This document shows positions 1-18,500 of a DNA stretch of 64,000 nt, one piece after another. The DNA lies in assembly GCA_003344405.1 (NCBI GenBank), contig NOWV01000019.1, positions 434,001-498,000 of the forward strand, in the 5' to 3' direction. The stretch is from Trichoplax sp. H2. Lineage: Eukaryota. A program made the translations under genes and the position numbers. The stretch's first letter is position 1. The number at the start of each line of letters is the position of its first letter. Under the pieces are notes generated by a model. That model was given only the letters and a program-made list of their open reading frames with translations. It did not search any database and had not been told where the DNA came from.

Positions 1-3303
<3,303 letters not shown>

Positions 3304-4024
3304 AGGAACAACAGATTCTAGGATATGGATCACCAAGGTCATTTTTGTAGTTCCGTTAAATGTGGTAGTTTTTTCTTTTGCGAGTTTATCATGCTAGACG
3401 GATAAATTAATCTTTGCTTGTTCTATGTAATCCAGTTTTGGTGTCATTTGTAATTTACTTACTTTATTAGTTTTTCAACCTTTGTTTTAATTGATATCTT
3501 ACAAGTTAGTTGCATCCAATATTGCGATGGATATGCTGTGCATTTAGTCCTTCATGCAATTAGCATAGAGTTGGATTAATAATTTGAATATTTGATAAGT
3601 TAAATTCATTTTACTGCAATTCACCTTTATAGTTTGGTAATTTATTAGATAGCTCTTTGCTTCTGTGCTTTAGTCGCTATGGTTATCGAGCAATCGGCCT
3701 GATTGAACGGTTACTTAACTTGTTTTTATCAAGAATAGGATGTAATCGCATAACTGAATAAATATGTAATTTCAATTATAGGCCTGTAGTTATTTTGTAA
3801 TCAATGGGGATATTTTGAAGAAGTGAAAGGGTGGCTTAAACAAATTCAGTAAAAGACGTATCACGAGCTTAAAATGGATAGTATGAATTATGCCATACTA
3901 TTTTAATCAGGCTATTTAGTTACAGCATCAGCGTGAATCTGTTAAGCTATACTATTATTTATCCACAAATCAAGTTATCGTTTATTTGTTTAGTTTAGAG
4001 TATACAGAGATGGATAATATACTA

Positions 4025-4597
4025 ATGAGATAAAGATATCCCCAACATCCGTCTACGAAGGTATAAATAATTTACGAAATTGAAACTGCACTAATGTGGT
4101 TATAAGCACTGTAGTACGCTAGTTCTTAGCTAGCCTGATGGATTTAATTATATCAGTATTGAAAAATCCAGTTCTTGAAATTTAACTTGAACTGATATGG
4201 CAGCTACCATATGATATTCTATTTTATAGTATTAGTACTATTTAGGGTTTAGGCTAATTAATTGCAGGTTTACTGCGAATCTGATAAGCTATGCTGGTGT
4301 TCATCCACACATGCAGTTGTCAGTTATTTTGTTCAGATGACGGTATAAAAAGATCGATGATAGACGAATGGGATAAGTATATCTCTAACACACGTCCACG
4401 AGGGTAGAAATAATTTACGAAATTTAGACTGCACTAATGTGTTTATAGCTACAGTAGTAGGTTAGTTCTTACTTGGCCTGTTGTATTTATTGATGTCAAT
4501 ATTGAAATCCACTTCTTGAAACGTAACTTAAGCTGATATAGTATTGTAGCTACTTTGTGCTACTCTATTTATAGTATCAGGACTATTTAAGATTTTA
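4025..4597. repeat. Diverged direct repeat, two copies of ~230 bp (about 4025-4250 and 4368-4597), between the DPP4-like genes
   Basis: Collinear shared blocks such as aaataatttacgaaatt, actgcactaatgtg, tagttctta, ttcttgaaa and tttatagtat. Confidence 0.8.
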
Positions 4598-5359
4598 ATA
4601 AACGGAGATAATTCAAAGATTCTGCAAAAAAATCAAGTTATTAATATTGTATCCATAGGCCAAAGCAGAAACTGTACTCGAGATCAAAACTCGACCACTT
4701 TACGTCTACCAGTTTAGGCTGACTTTGCAGCCGCCAATATTTGATTTAGTGAGATAATAAGGTATGAATAAATACATTTACTTCGGCGATACTCTACAGC
4801 GTAAATTTTACTCATTCATTCTAACAGCTATAAAGTAGGATTTTACACTGTTGTAATTGGCGTTCTTAGTTTTAGTCAAACTAGAAATTTTTATCATAAT
4901 ATTTACTCCGGTTTAGTGTCTCAGAGTACCTGCATCACCTAAATAAAGGTAGTTACAAATCCTGTAGAGATTAGCTTGCTCTTTGTGGTCTTTAAATACC
5001 ATAGGAAGAATTAAAAAAATCTATATTGAATCAGCAAGTGATCTATTGTATAAGTCACTCTTGTATCTATGTATAACTTGACTCTACGTATAAAGTAGAA
5101 TTAAATGCTTTCAAAGATAGATGGAATCCTTTTGTAAATTTAACTCGTTGTACTAATGGATTAATCTCAATATACGTATATCCAGTTTTCATGTAAATAA
5201 TTGCATATGATTGTTATATAAATCAAATAAACTATTTTTAACCCAATAAAATAAGCCTGTAGGCTAACTTTTGGCTTTAAAACTCAAACAGTAAAGGTAA
5301 AAACAGCTGCATGGTCTATTAGATAATACATGTAATATATTTGAGCTCCTCCTGGCAAG

Positions 5360-8300
5360 ATGGTAAGTGTTGACTCAGCCCTGGACGATCATTCTATGCA
5401 CTATCTTAATTTCAGCATATTTTCACATTCGCTTAAACAGTCATAAAAAACTGGCTCACAAGATTTATGATATTGGGATGGGCAAATGCTAACAAAAGTG
5501 TTTTGCTTCCGATTTGATCATTTTAATCTTTAAATTATCTATTCATACCCTATAGACGAACACTAATTGCCATAGTAGAATTCCTATACCTAATTGTGAG
5601 TTGAGTAGCTATACTGAAAGTTTAACAATTATGGTAAGTTAGCTAGAATAGTTTTGGCTGGATTTCTTGTTCGATATTCTATCAATAGAAATTCTACCTC
5701 CTTAATGTGTTCTTTTAAAGATCTTGGTGTTAATGATAGTAAATAATTTTAATTTTGATAACAATTTTTACTCCAAATGTGTCGTTAATCGATAGTTAAT
5801 ATCTGAAAGGAGTTAAATTAAAATTTAAATTACAGAACTTTGTTCGTTTATATAACGATTTTATTAGTAGCTCTAGGTTATAGTATTTGTCATTGATTAA
5901 GCAATAATGACGATATTATAGCCAGTCTGATCAGAAACTTGTTGAGTTACCTTCCGAATAAACTTTACATTATGCACCTTTGCTTCACAAGTCCCCAGTC
6001 AACCCAGGAAAGACCAAATCTTTCTCAGCTTTCATTCATATCAAGCTCCAACGTTAATGGTGCGTTGATTAATTTAGGTATTATTTTATTCATTTAGGGG
6101 ACTCCTAGAATTCAAATTCGAAATACGGATCGAAAGACCTATATTTTAATCGGGTCAATAATTCTGTTCGTCGGTGCTATTGTAGGAATTATAGCAGTAA
6201 CTATATATTTAAGAAGTTAGTTTGCAACTTAAAATAATCTTAAGAATTAAGGATGGTAGAGCTGATTCTATCCAGTCCCTCTATTTTTTACGCATTATTC
6301 AATCCAGTTTTAGTTGCGAGGCAGTCGAAATTTAAACTAACTTGAAATCATAATGATATTGACTAGACAGCAACATTGATGCTCAACCGCCTAGTTACCA
6401 AGGCCGTATTTATGGATTCAGCCAGCTTTTCAACTCTTCATTTAATCCACAGTCAGTCTATGTGAGCTGGCTTAGCGGTATATTGATCCACTCCTCTTTT
6501 AATATTAATATTAATTTTCTTTTCCCGCTGTCAATATAGATATGTCGAATCGCTTATCTTTCTATCTTCTTAACATGATAGATACATCCTATGAATATAA
6601 CAATGCAGATGGAGATCTTATAGAATACAATGTTGATACTAATACTTCTAAAACCCTTCTAACAGCATCTGAAAAGGTGAGATTTTCTTATTCTTTGAAC
6701 TATTTCTCCTAGAACTATAAACTAGTTTACCTCTGCTAGCTCTTATGGTTTGAATAAAATTGAAAGTACTAAATATATTCTAGTTTATTGCCTTAATAAA
6801 ATCAAGTACTGGCAGTAATGCATTATGCAATTATAATTATCCATGCAATATAAATTTCCTTTGCATAGGCATCACTTAAAGGGGAAAGGACTTGGATTAG
6901 TCCTGATGGCCAATATTTATTGCTAGCCTATGAAGTGAAATTGGTGTGTTAATCATTTAAATTCATAATTGCAATGAGTTCTATAGACTAAATCAGTGCC
7001 TATAAGAAAATCTATTATGGTTCTTTTAATAGTAGATCTAGCTGTCTCTTCTTAGCAATATATCTTCCGAAAGATATATCAGATATTTATTCAGTGTCTC
7101 TTATGCTTTTTTCTAATCTATGTTTGCTTAGCAATATCGATATTCTTTCTTTGCACGTTACGTGGCTTACAGGATCTCAGATAAGTAAGAATTTGATTTC
7201 GTTCGTCATTTGTAATCGGATTATCTAGCGTAATCAGTCTAAGACCTGCCGTCTTCTTTAATTTGGTTTACTATGAACAATAATAGTTACATCTTGATCG
7301 TAGATTTTGGCTGGTATTTAACTTTACGTTATTAGTTCGATCCGAACTATGCATAATCGTAATTTGCTCTAATATCAGGATATTAATAAAACTTTTTAAC
7401 TTGTAAATTTATTTAGAATTCAGTTAAATTCAATAATGAAATCATTTATAGCAATTCACTGATATATCTATATATAACATCAAGGCTAATTTCCGTTACG
7501 AAGCTATAAATTCTCCTTCATTAATGAAATAGATAAACATTAACTATTTATAATTGAAGTAAAGCTAAGATTTGCTTCATATTTTTAGAGAATTCATCGA
7601 ATGAAATGATAATGATACGCTAATTATATCATGTAATTTAATTTATTTTTCATCAAGACAAGTATTTCGCCTGGAGCCTATGGGAAGTAGTAAACTATTG
7701 CGATATATGGGCTGGTCAGCTACAGGTCACCAATTGGTAAGAAATTGAAATTTAGTATTTTGGTAGAAAATAGATTGAAGCTCCGGGTCATAATAGCTTC
7801 GACATTCGTTAATCTTACGGTATAAGATTTGAGATAATAAGATGATATTCTAAGCTCTTTAAATTATGTAGTGAAAACTTCCTTTACATACGCAATTAAC
7901 TACTTATTTGATAATAATTAAAGCTTTGCAAATGGTGTATACATTCTCTTTCACTAGGCATTTATCTATCTAAACGATATATACGTTATACCTGATCCAA
8001 CGCAAGGGAATGCTTCTGTCCGATTAACAAATACTGGAGTTGATGGAATTATTTTTAATGGTGTACCGGATTGGAATAGCGAAGGTAATTATCTCAAATC
8101 AAAAAAATATCTGCTGCAAATTAGGCTATTAGAGAATTGAGATCAAATTTATAGTAATTTAGCCCCAAATTTTAAATTTAAGAGCTGCTGCATTACCGAC
8201 TACATTATAGCCTCAATGCTGCAATAGGGAACTGTGTACTTGTATACTCCATAATGCTAACATTATAAAATTTTAGCGAGAAATATCGCTATCTTCTTTA

Positions 8301-11300
8301 ACACCCTTGAATTGCATATTCTTGCATCATTATCTACCTTAGAGGAAATTTTATATAGTAGTAATGCACTATATTGGTCTAAATCGTCTACCTATATCTG
8401 CTATGGGAATTATAATGCTAGTGGAGTTGATTCAGCGCAATGGATGTGGTACGAAGGGAAAATGTCTTATACTACAGTTAAATCGATTCAATATCCTAAG
8501 GTAAAGCGTTCAATCCTGTTAATGTTGAATATTTTCTCGTCGATTCTTATTGTCGCTCCTTTTATATCTTTCTTTTAGGCTGGTACTAAAAATTCTAAAA
8601 TAGCAGTCTATGTCACCAAAGCAACGGATGCTAGAAACGTTGTTCAGCTACTTCCCCCGGCAAAATTTGCTAACGAGTAATGATAATTGGTCACGTAATC
8701 TAGTAGAAACTTGTTCATAGGTTTTCAATTGCATATATTCTTACGTATTGTTTAGATAACTAAGATAATTTATTACATTCAATTTAAATGATTTACTGCT
8801 GGCAACTTCAGCATTTTCAATATCATTTATCATTTTGCCCATTTGGAATAGAGAATATTATTTCACTAATGTGGTTTGGGCATCCGATACTATTGTTACT
8901 GTGACGTGGCTAAATCGATTTTCGAACACAAGCATTTTAATGTCATGTGATGCAACCAATGGGCAATGTCGGCAGGTGAGATGTAAAATAATCCAAGATA
9001 TTTAATGCAATTTCGCCTTTATTGCACAATTTCAGTTTGATATGTACGTCTCAATTTTGGCTCAATACGAATGCTGATAAGACATGTCTACGAGTTGCTA
9101 CTATTTTTAAAGCTAAATCTAGTCTCCGAAATAATAGCACTGAAAATATTCTAAGTGCACTAGTATATTGAAATATTAGAATTACTTTCGCAGATATATA
9201 TCACAAGAACACTAACCAGCATCAATCGTTGCTTAATTCTATTCTCGTCTTTTAATAATGCTTATAATTATTTTAAAACATTTCAATCACTGACTATATG
9301 AAAAACTATAGCTAACATAATTGGGCTACATAATCTACATTTTTCTATACTTAATATATTAAACTATTAGAATTTCGTTTACGGTTGTATATCACAAAGA
9401 CTGCTTGCCATGCAATAATAGTTTTTATCTAAAATATTTCAATCATCGGCTGCACTAGAAACTGTAATCAATTTAATTGGATGACATAGCCTATTTACTT
9501 CTATATTCAACTATAATTCTTTAAATAGATTCATCATCTAGCACAATCAAACGGCTGGATAGACTACAAATATGTAAGTTTCATAGATTTTGGACTATGC
9601 TCAATATTTCATTTACCTTCGAACGCGGACATATCATAGGCTATATTCTACTAAAACTAATTGAAACTAATGTTTCTCATTTAATGTATTTAAAACTTGT
9701 GAATAATTACTAGAAAAGCCCATTATTCAATTCCGCTGGTGATTATTACTTTGCTGTTCTTCCTAAGAAAGGTGCGAGTGGAAAAACATATTTCCATATA
9801 GCTCGAGTAACACTTTCGGTAAGTTAATGCCACTGTAAGTACAGGAATATCTTAGATTGAAATGTTATGTTATACTGGAATAAGCTAATGCTGGCCTTCT
9901 TTTGCACGTCAGAAAGTATTCATATACCATAAAGTAAATTCGTAAAGAGGTTAATAATATCTTAAAATCTTGAATTTTATCACTTATCGTTCTCATATAG
10001 GACGGGAGAAAATTTTGGTTAACTGCTGGCAACTGGCAAGTTACAACTATTTACGCCTATTCCGAAGCCAGGCAGTTGATGTAAGCTAGTGAAAATAAAG
10101 TCTAGGTTTTGTCCGAATAGGAAGCATAGTCTATTCAACCGCATATTTATTTAACATTTTTTTAGCGTAATTCTTCTTCTATCGAAGATTATATACTATT
10201 CATTTAAATCTTTAAATGTCTGTGTAAAAATTATGTTTTGGGTTTAAATGAGAAATGTAGGGATCGAACAGATATGTACTTGTGTAATCTTATAGTAGAT
10301 AATTAGTTGTATAATAGGCTATATTATACAACTAATATTATACTACATACCACATAATTTATTGTTTTAGCTTGCTCATTTAATAGGGCTTAAACCGATA
10401 TTCCGCATGTAACATATCTTTACAATTTTAATTACATAAATTGATGAGCTAACATACTGCTGAAGCGAACTGAGTTATATAAATGATGCCATAAGTACAG
10501 CTAAACAGATCCAATTCATTAATAAAATTTTTAAGATAGCAATATCTTGTTATTATTTGATATCCGCTACAGTTTTACTTATTAAGCTGATAATATAATT
10601 TAATATAATCATATCTATATGAACAGATTTTTTCAGAGTACTCAACTAAGTTCTACCAGTAGAAATATTTATAGGTAAGAAGGAATAAAGTTATTGCGGT
10701 AATATCTTTATAAAGATTCTTGCAAAGAGAAAGCCTCTAATTTTTTTTTAATTTCAATTGCCAATTAACTCTCCATTTCATATCTGCAGCGTTTCGATTA
10801 ATGGTACTAATAAGAAATGTATTAGCTGTAATTTTAAGCCCATTGGTAAGGCTATACTCATAAATATCGATATATAGTATAAATTATGTTACTAGCGTGG
10901 CTATTATCTGATAAGATAAATTTATTGTCAGAGGAATGCAACTTCTATACTGGTTCATTTAGTACAAATGGACATTATTGCCTACTTGGTTGCCGAGGTA
11001 TGAAATTTTTATCTCATTTCTAACGCAGTATTTGATTTGTCTTTTATACTTAAAATGATTGATAATATCACTTTATCTCCCCTAACTATACTCGATGACT
11101 ATAATTATAAATTGCTAGTAAGAAATTTTGCTGTAGTCCTTTCTACTGAATACTAAATGATGTATAAGCATCTATCATTGATATCCATTTTAGGTCCAGG
11201 AATTCCTTCCTATCACCTTATCAGCACTCAATCCAATCTTCGTATGTATATAAAAATAGGCCAATTCCTAAAATTTGTTATTCATACTAATAATTTAGCC

Positions 11301-13465
11301 TTACTTTTACCTCAGATGTGACAATGGAAACAAATCAACGCCTTAGAAATATACTAAAAGACATTACATTACCCAAGCGCGAAATTATGGAGTTTGAACG
11401 CGACGGATATAGTTAGTTGATTACTTCTATCTTATCCTCGATTTATAGGCTAACTTTAATAATTTTTAGGAATATTAAATCTAAAATGATTCGATGTCAG
11501 CAATAATTTTCTATTTTCTTCCCTAATCAGAGATGAACACTTTTATTTATTATCCTCCTGGATTTGATAAGGATAAGCAGTATCCTGTGTTAATGTATAA
11601 GTGAGTACCATCATATTTTCTACATGATTTTGATTTTTCTAGCTTGTTGATGTCATGAAATTATAATTTTAAACTTCAACAAAGTTATGGTGGGCCACAA
11701 AGCCAACTAGTAAGTTTACTTTCAGAAATTTTTGCTACTCATTTTCCGATGCAGTTTAAATTTCTTGTTAGTTTTAGATTATTATTCATTCCACGATCAC
11801 TAGGTCAATCAACAATTTGGATTAGGATGGCCAGAATACTTCTCGTCCTTTTTGCAAATGATTGTTATTACCATCGATCCTCGTGGAACTGGCTATAAAA
11901 GCAATGAGTAAAACATCCTTTTTTTGGCCTGATAATTGTATTGGTTGAAACTAGGATCAATTTTGCTATTTTCTAAAATTTTTTAATTATTGCTATGATC
12001 TTCATCTATGTATTAGGTTTATGTATAGCACATACTTGAGAATGGGTGTACAAGAAGCAGAGGATATCATTGCCTTCGCAAAGTTCGATTCACTTCAGTT
12101 TCATTTGCATTATTTACTGATTTTAATTTTAAGTAAATAGTATTGAGTAGACAATGTAATTGGTAGCTAATTGATAATCTGCAATTACTCCATGACTGAA
12201 TAATAGAGCAAGGGCAGTCATAAACTTAAATATATTGATTAAACTAATTTTATTTTTCGAAAGGTATATTAAAACATTCCGTTATGTTCATAAAAGTAAA
12301 GTGGGCATATTTGGATGGGTAATATGCTTGTTTTGATATATTATTTTCTAGTTTCCTTAACTAATAGAATTAAACAATATCAAGAAATTTTAATATTGAA
12401 TTAATTAATAGTCCCATGGGGCCTATCTTGGAGGTATGGCTATGGGTATTAATGACCATGTTTTCAGTTTGGGTCTACTTGTTGCTCCAGTATCTGATTT
12501 TAGATTTTATGGTAAGTAGAAAATTTGTTAAGCCTTGCCTATTCTACTGATATCCAAATTTCCCTGGAGCAATAATAGCCAATTTATATACCTTAATATC
12601 GTTAATGATTGGCAACTTCGTATTATAGATACTGGTTACACTGAAAGGTTTATGCTTTCACCTAAAGAAAACTTAAAGGGCTATGAAGTATGCAAGTTCT
12701 CATTGCCTGTATTTTTTCAGTTAGCAAGATTTATTTACATCTAAGATTGAGTTAATTGAAAAATATGCAATAAAAAAGTGGATAGTATTAAAAATTGAGC
12801 AAAGTTTTTGACATTATTGTTATATATCTCTTAATTTAGCGTACACGTCTCTGGAACTCTTTGTTATATGTATATTTCTTCTGTTAATTATTATAATATC
12901 TGATATGTGAGCATATATGAAATTAATTAGCAAAGAATGAAAACATGTACTATATAAGGTCGGAAAGCATCTAAAGTATTGCAAGTTAAACTGCTTAATC
13001 GTTAGATTTAATTTTTGTGTCCATAAAAAATGTTGGTCAGCTACTACGCCATTTATTAGCATCTTCTATCTGGTAAGGTGAATCATTGTTTATAAATTAG
13101 GAAGCTTCAATCCTCAATAGACTGGATGGATTCAAAAATGCGACAGTTTTTATTGCTCATGGCAATGCCGACGATAACGTTCATTTTCAAAATAGTGCAG
13201 TCTTGGTTCAATCATTGCAGGAGAAAGGAATCCAATTTAGAATGATGGTAAGTAAAAGTTTGCAGTAGTGCAGCTAGCAGTTGATATCAAGTACGTTTAT
13301 TGATCTATATAGAGCTCATAATTAACTGTGCTTACTCCATATCTGCAGATGTATCCAAATAAAAATCATAATATTGATGGTTATGGAAGGAAACATTTAT
13401 TTGTCGCCATGACCAATTTGATTGCGGAAAAATTTGTTTTAGCTAATCCGTTCCAAAATAATTAA
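5360..13465 (+). CDS. Dipeptidyl peptidase 4-like type II membrane serine peptidase (S9B), paralog B; apparently complete, over 20 exons
   Basis: ATG|gtaagt at 5360-5362, exon 5556-5633, then TM-anchor exon 6098-6215 ([23 protein letters not shown]). Beta-propeller motifs [24 protein letters not shown] and YPK|AGTKN follow. The catalytic domain has [41 protein letters not shown] and YPNKNH. Stop TAA 13463-13465. Confidence 0.92.
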
Positions 13466-15537
13466 ATTATAAAATTCTTGAGCTTTGTTGTAGTAAAATT
13501 TGGGTTGGTTTAGGCGGCTTTTATAAATTTCCAAATTTGCAATTCAAAAATGTGTTGCTTCGAAATATAGCATCAAGCTACTATCCAAGAATATTAAAAA
13601 TATAAAGTATTTTCTAATTTTCTTGCTTAGTATTCCTATTCTCTTTAGTTATGAAAAAGTTAAATTCTAACTATGGTATCCTAGTATCGTAAACTTCATA
13701 GGAAAAAATTAAGCAAAAAATTGAAAATTTGTTAATATTGTTATCAATGGTGTCATACTTGAAATAATTGTAAATCTTGCATAGCCCACGCATCGTATCT
13801 AGATTTAACGACCAGACGTCTAGCTATTCGGTCACATCGCTGACTATGATTACTATCTATCTACTTTATTTCAATGATTAAATATGATCTTTCTCATCTT
13901 TCTTTCTGTTTGATACTTATTTGTATGCTGTTTGGATTTATAGATTTCTGTCATCGTTCTGATTTAAAACTAGCATCAGTACGATCTGGTTCAGTCACTT
14001 GTTAAATTATTTACAGATAAGTTACATTTAAGACTAGGTTTTTGATATTGTTTAGTTAGCTTCGCCGAGTTAAATTATTAATATTGTTCGATTTAGGCTT
14101 TATTTGAAAACTATTAGATTTTATCCGTATTTTTAAAAGATATATACGTTCATATAGATAGTTACAAATGAATGATTAGTGGTATTACTAATGCTAGTTT
14201 TATTTGCAGCCGTGATCAAGATTGTTTGTCTTATATACTCGTACGTCAGTGAAATATCTTTCTGAGATCATATTTGTGATAAAAGCTCCTGTTTTAGCTA
14301 CAACGTAATCACTACATTCTCAAGCAGTATTATCTACTTAATTAGTACCAATAGATGATATTAAATCCACATCAGCATCTTGCTAAAACTCTTCATATAT
14401 GCTGCATAAAAAAGTACCATTTACTGCATTAATTGTAGCTTATAATTTAAATTTTTTAAGCTCAATAATCAACTGATGCGATGTTCATTTCAGAACAAGA
14501 TCTAGATTCGCCATTAATGTTAGTTTACATTGGAATGATTGTTAAGACTTTCCATGAACTACAACCTGAGAATCGACATTGGCATAACCTACATAGAACC
14601 TAAAAATACTTGTTTTACGCGTAATTTCCCAATAATTATTTCTAGTACGCGCTTTCTTGCGCCATAGCTATATTTTTACGTTAAGTCAATCGCAGTTTTC
14701 CTCCCAATAGTACGATAAATATACATTTGGTAATAAAAAAGCTAATTTCTCTATAAGTCACAGCAACTAGCAACCTCAGATATATTCCTAATGGTATATA
14801 TATATTTTATTAGAAAATTGTACATCAATTCGGTTATCATTATAAAATAGTATCAATTATCCAGGCATCGGATAAGTCGACCATATTGCATGAAATAAAA
14901 GTTCAAAAGTGAAGAAGAAATATTTCTACACTATATCTATCTGATAGATTCGCATAAACTCAATTTTGAGCTACAATTATAAAAAATGGGCTTTACTGTC
15001 CGACCTTCAACAACACATTACGCAAATACATTGCAGTCAATTTTTTTACAGAAGATGCAATCGATAAGATTTATAAAAATTCATCGCTGCTATCAAATCG
15101 AAGAAATAACATAATGTAGTTAATTTAAAGCACAGGCCAATTTTTTAATATAGAGATGTTGAATAATAGAAAATTGGAAATACTTTAAGAGCATTTAGCA
15201 ATCTCTGATGGATAAAACGCAGCATCAGAAATTATAGTAAGAGATGCAAAGGTATCAAAAAAGAATCTTTCGAGAGCTGGAATAATTTGAATGAAATTAT
15301 GAGATCTTAAATAAAGTTTAAAGCGAATATATTTAAAAGGTTCCATAGCACAGTAATAATAGTAAATTATATGTGGCCAATATCATGGTGTTTATAATGC
15401 ATACAATGGTAGCAGAATTTTTCAATATCGAGATCAATTTTTTAATTATAGCTATTGATAATTGATTTGAGAAGGAACTGTATTTTCATCTAAACTGTAG
15501 CATGGCATCCATATGTAATTTTTCATTTACCTCTTGG

Positions 15538-18500
15538 TTAAACATCTTCTAATTCTAACATCTTTTCTACGCTTGCTATAAGCTCCCGTTCGGGCTTTTT
15601 CCCATTTAATCTTGCAGCATCACGTCGTACCATTTCAGGTAATAAATCAAAGTAGGAAAAGACAAATGATCGCGTGACGTTGGAAAATTTCTTGATTCCA
15701 TTATGATCTTTATTAATTCCTAATTGCATGAAATGGCGTTGTAATGCTTTAAGCTTTAATTGCATCATTTTCTTTTCTAAATTTCGTCGCTCATTTTCTT
15801 CTCGTTCATGACGAATTTTATCCAAACGTTCTTTCTCAGCAAGTAGACGCAATCTTTCCTCTTCTTCTTTTCGTTTCAGTTCTAGTATTGCTTGTCGTTC
15901 AGCTTCTTCCATTAATCGGAGTTTTTCTTCTTCCATGGCTCGTCGTTTTGCTTCGGCTTCTTTAGCTCGACGTAATGCTGCTAACCGTTCTTCTTCTTCT
16001 TGTTTTAATTTTTCGCGTAATTCTGCTTCTCTATTTCTTGCTTCTTCCATTAATCGCTTTTCACGATCTTGTCGTTCCTCTTCTTCACGAATTCGAATAT
16101 AACGCTCTTCTTCTTCCTGCTTTAATCGTTCTTCTTGTTCTCGCTTAGCTCTTTCATATTCTTCTTGCTTCCTTCTCATTTCTTCCTCAGCTTTACGCTT
16201 TAATACTTCAATTCGTTGTGCCTCTTCAGCTTCTCGCTTCTTCATTTCTTGCCTTTCTAATCTTCTCTGTAGAACACGTTGTCTTTTTTCTTCAGCAGCT
16301 AATCTTCTCCTTTCAGCAGCTGACAATTTAACAATGTATTCACCATCGCTTTCTTCATCGGATAACTGACTACTTTTCCTAGGTATTTTGCTTTCTCCAC
16401 CTTCATCAGCTGGTAATTCGGGCACCATATCGAGTTCTTCATCTAGTTCATCATCTTCAAGCACTATTTCTTCTGTTTCTTCAGGAATAACTTCTACTTC
16501 GGACTCGCTCACTAAGCTATGACTCCTTACTTTTGCTTTTTTCTTCGGTTTCTTCTTTAACTTAGATCGTTTATTACCTAATATATCGCTCATGCTGGGT
16601 TTGCGAAGAACTTTACGATCACGTGGTGCTGCAAAAGTCGCTGCTACTTGTTTCTTAGGTGATTTGGCTTTGGCTATCTTTTTCATTTCTTGAGGTAGAA
16701 ATTGCTTTAAGCGTGCCATGGATGATTCGATGACTAATCTTTCCTTTTCCCTGGCTGTTAATTTAACCTCAGGGATTGGAATAGCCTCATGAACATGATC
16801 AGGGCTTAATAACTGATCGACTTCATGAAAGGGATCATCAACATCAGCCTCGACTTCTTCCTCTTGAACTGTCTCATCGTCACCGAAATGGCTCACGTCG
16901 GGCTGTAATTCAATTTCCGATTGCTGGCTTGGGATAGATATTGCTTTACCTAAAGCTTGATTAGCACTGTTACCTATTGATGCTCTTTCAGCTAGTATAG
17001 CTGCTTTACTTGCATTCTCATCATCGGTAGAATGTTGCCATTCCAATAGATCTTCGCTGATTTTAGTTTTCTCCAAATCAAGATCATCTTTACTATGACG
17101 AGTTGCAGCACTTGGAAGTCGAACTATTTTCTCTGCAGCTAATTCTAGAATAGAAAAATTAAATTATATCACTTTTATGATTTACCAACTATCTAAGAGA
17201 TTATGGTAGGTAAGAAAACTATTTATTTCTATTTCATTAGCATTTCTAGCATACGGTACCTATTGCAGACAGACTAGAAGATCGAGGAATGCTTCTCTGA
17301 TTGGCTTCTGCTAGTTCTTCTACTTGTTCACGTGTGAAAGAATAGGCTTTGGAGGGACTAGAGCGTCTACTTTCTGAATTGAGATCTGCTTCATTTATAC
17401 CTGTAATTTCTTCTTCTTCTTGCGTAGAGAGGGCATCATCTTTTACCATTTCAGCTAATCATAAATAGAAGCAATTAAACATTGGCATATGACCTGCTAT
17501 GAGGCTGTTTATCAAAATTTCAATCTGCTCTACAGTAACTTTCTACAAGGACATGGAAAATACTTGTTCTCTGCTGTATGGGTTGTGTCTTATTTAATGT
17601 TCTAATGATATTATAAATGTCCATTGATAGATTCAAATGCGAAAATGGGTAGCATAACTTAGCTTATAAAAATAATTTTCAACGCATTTGCTTTCTTACC
17701 TGCAATTGCTTGCAACCGTTGAGTAAATTCTGTTTCTGTAGCGGATACAAACAGCTGATTTTCAGCTAGCTTAGATTCTGTTTCAAAGTTGTCTAAATCT
17801 TTATGGTTTGCGATGCTACCCTTTCCGAATGAGCTAGCACCTCCAATATAAGATCCTATTTCCGCCGCTTTATTAACCCATAAAACGGAGGCAGCTTGTA
17901 AATCCGATATAATACTCGCTCCAGCATCATCACTAAGTTTATAAAACAAGAAGAAAAAAGGTCAAGATGATAATTGCTTATTAATTTAATAACATTCATT
18001 TGAAATAGGATACTAATAAATGAATGTCTATCTAGGATGCATCGGTAAACTTACTTATCGAAGACACTTTGGGCAACTCTGGATGCCACACGCCCCAAGA
18101 CATTAAAAGCGGATTTTGTATTCTGAACATGACCAGACTGATCTGGTAGATTAATTAATGATGAGTTTTCCAGGTCATCGCCAGCCCAATTTTGTTGGTG
18201 GTCCTCCTCTAATTCGACATTTTGGTTAACTAAGATCGGAGGGAGAACACCTTCCGCAGTAGAACCTCTCCTTGGAGTGCGTGATTGCAATGATGAAATA
18301 ATCACTGCATCACTTAATTTATTTTGAACCGATTGCCAATCTTGCATGGACGTGGCTGCACTAGCTCCTCGACTGATAGCTCTAGACAATTTTTTGCTTT
18401 GTTCTACTACTGAATATTAAGAATAGATCCTGATTAATCACGGAAAAAATTTGCCGCAACATTCAGCTGTCTGCTATGTCTGTAAGTTTTAAAGTGCTCA

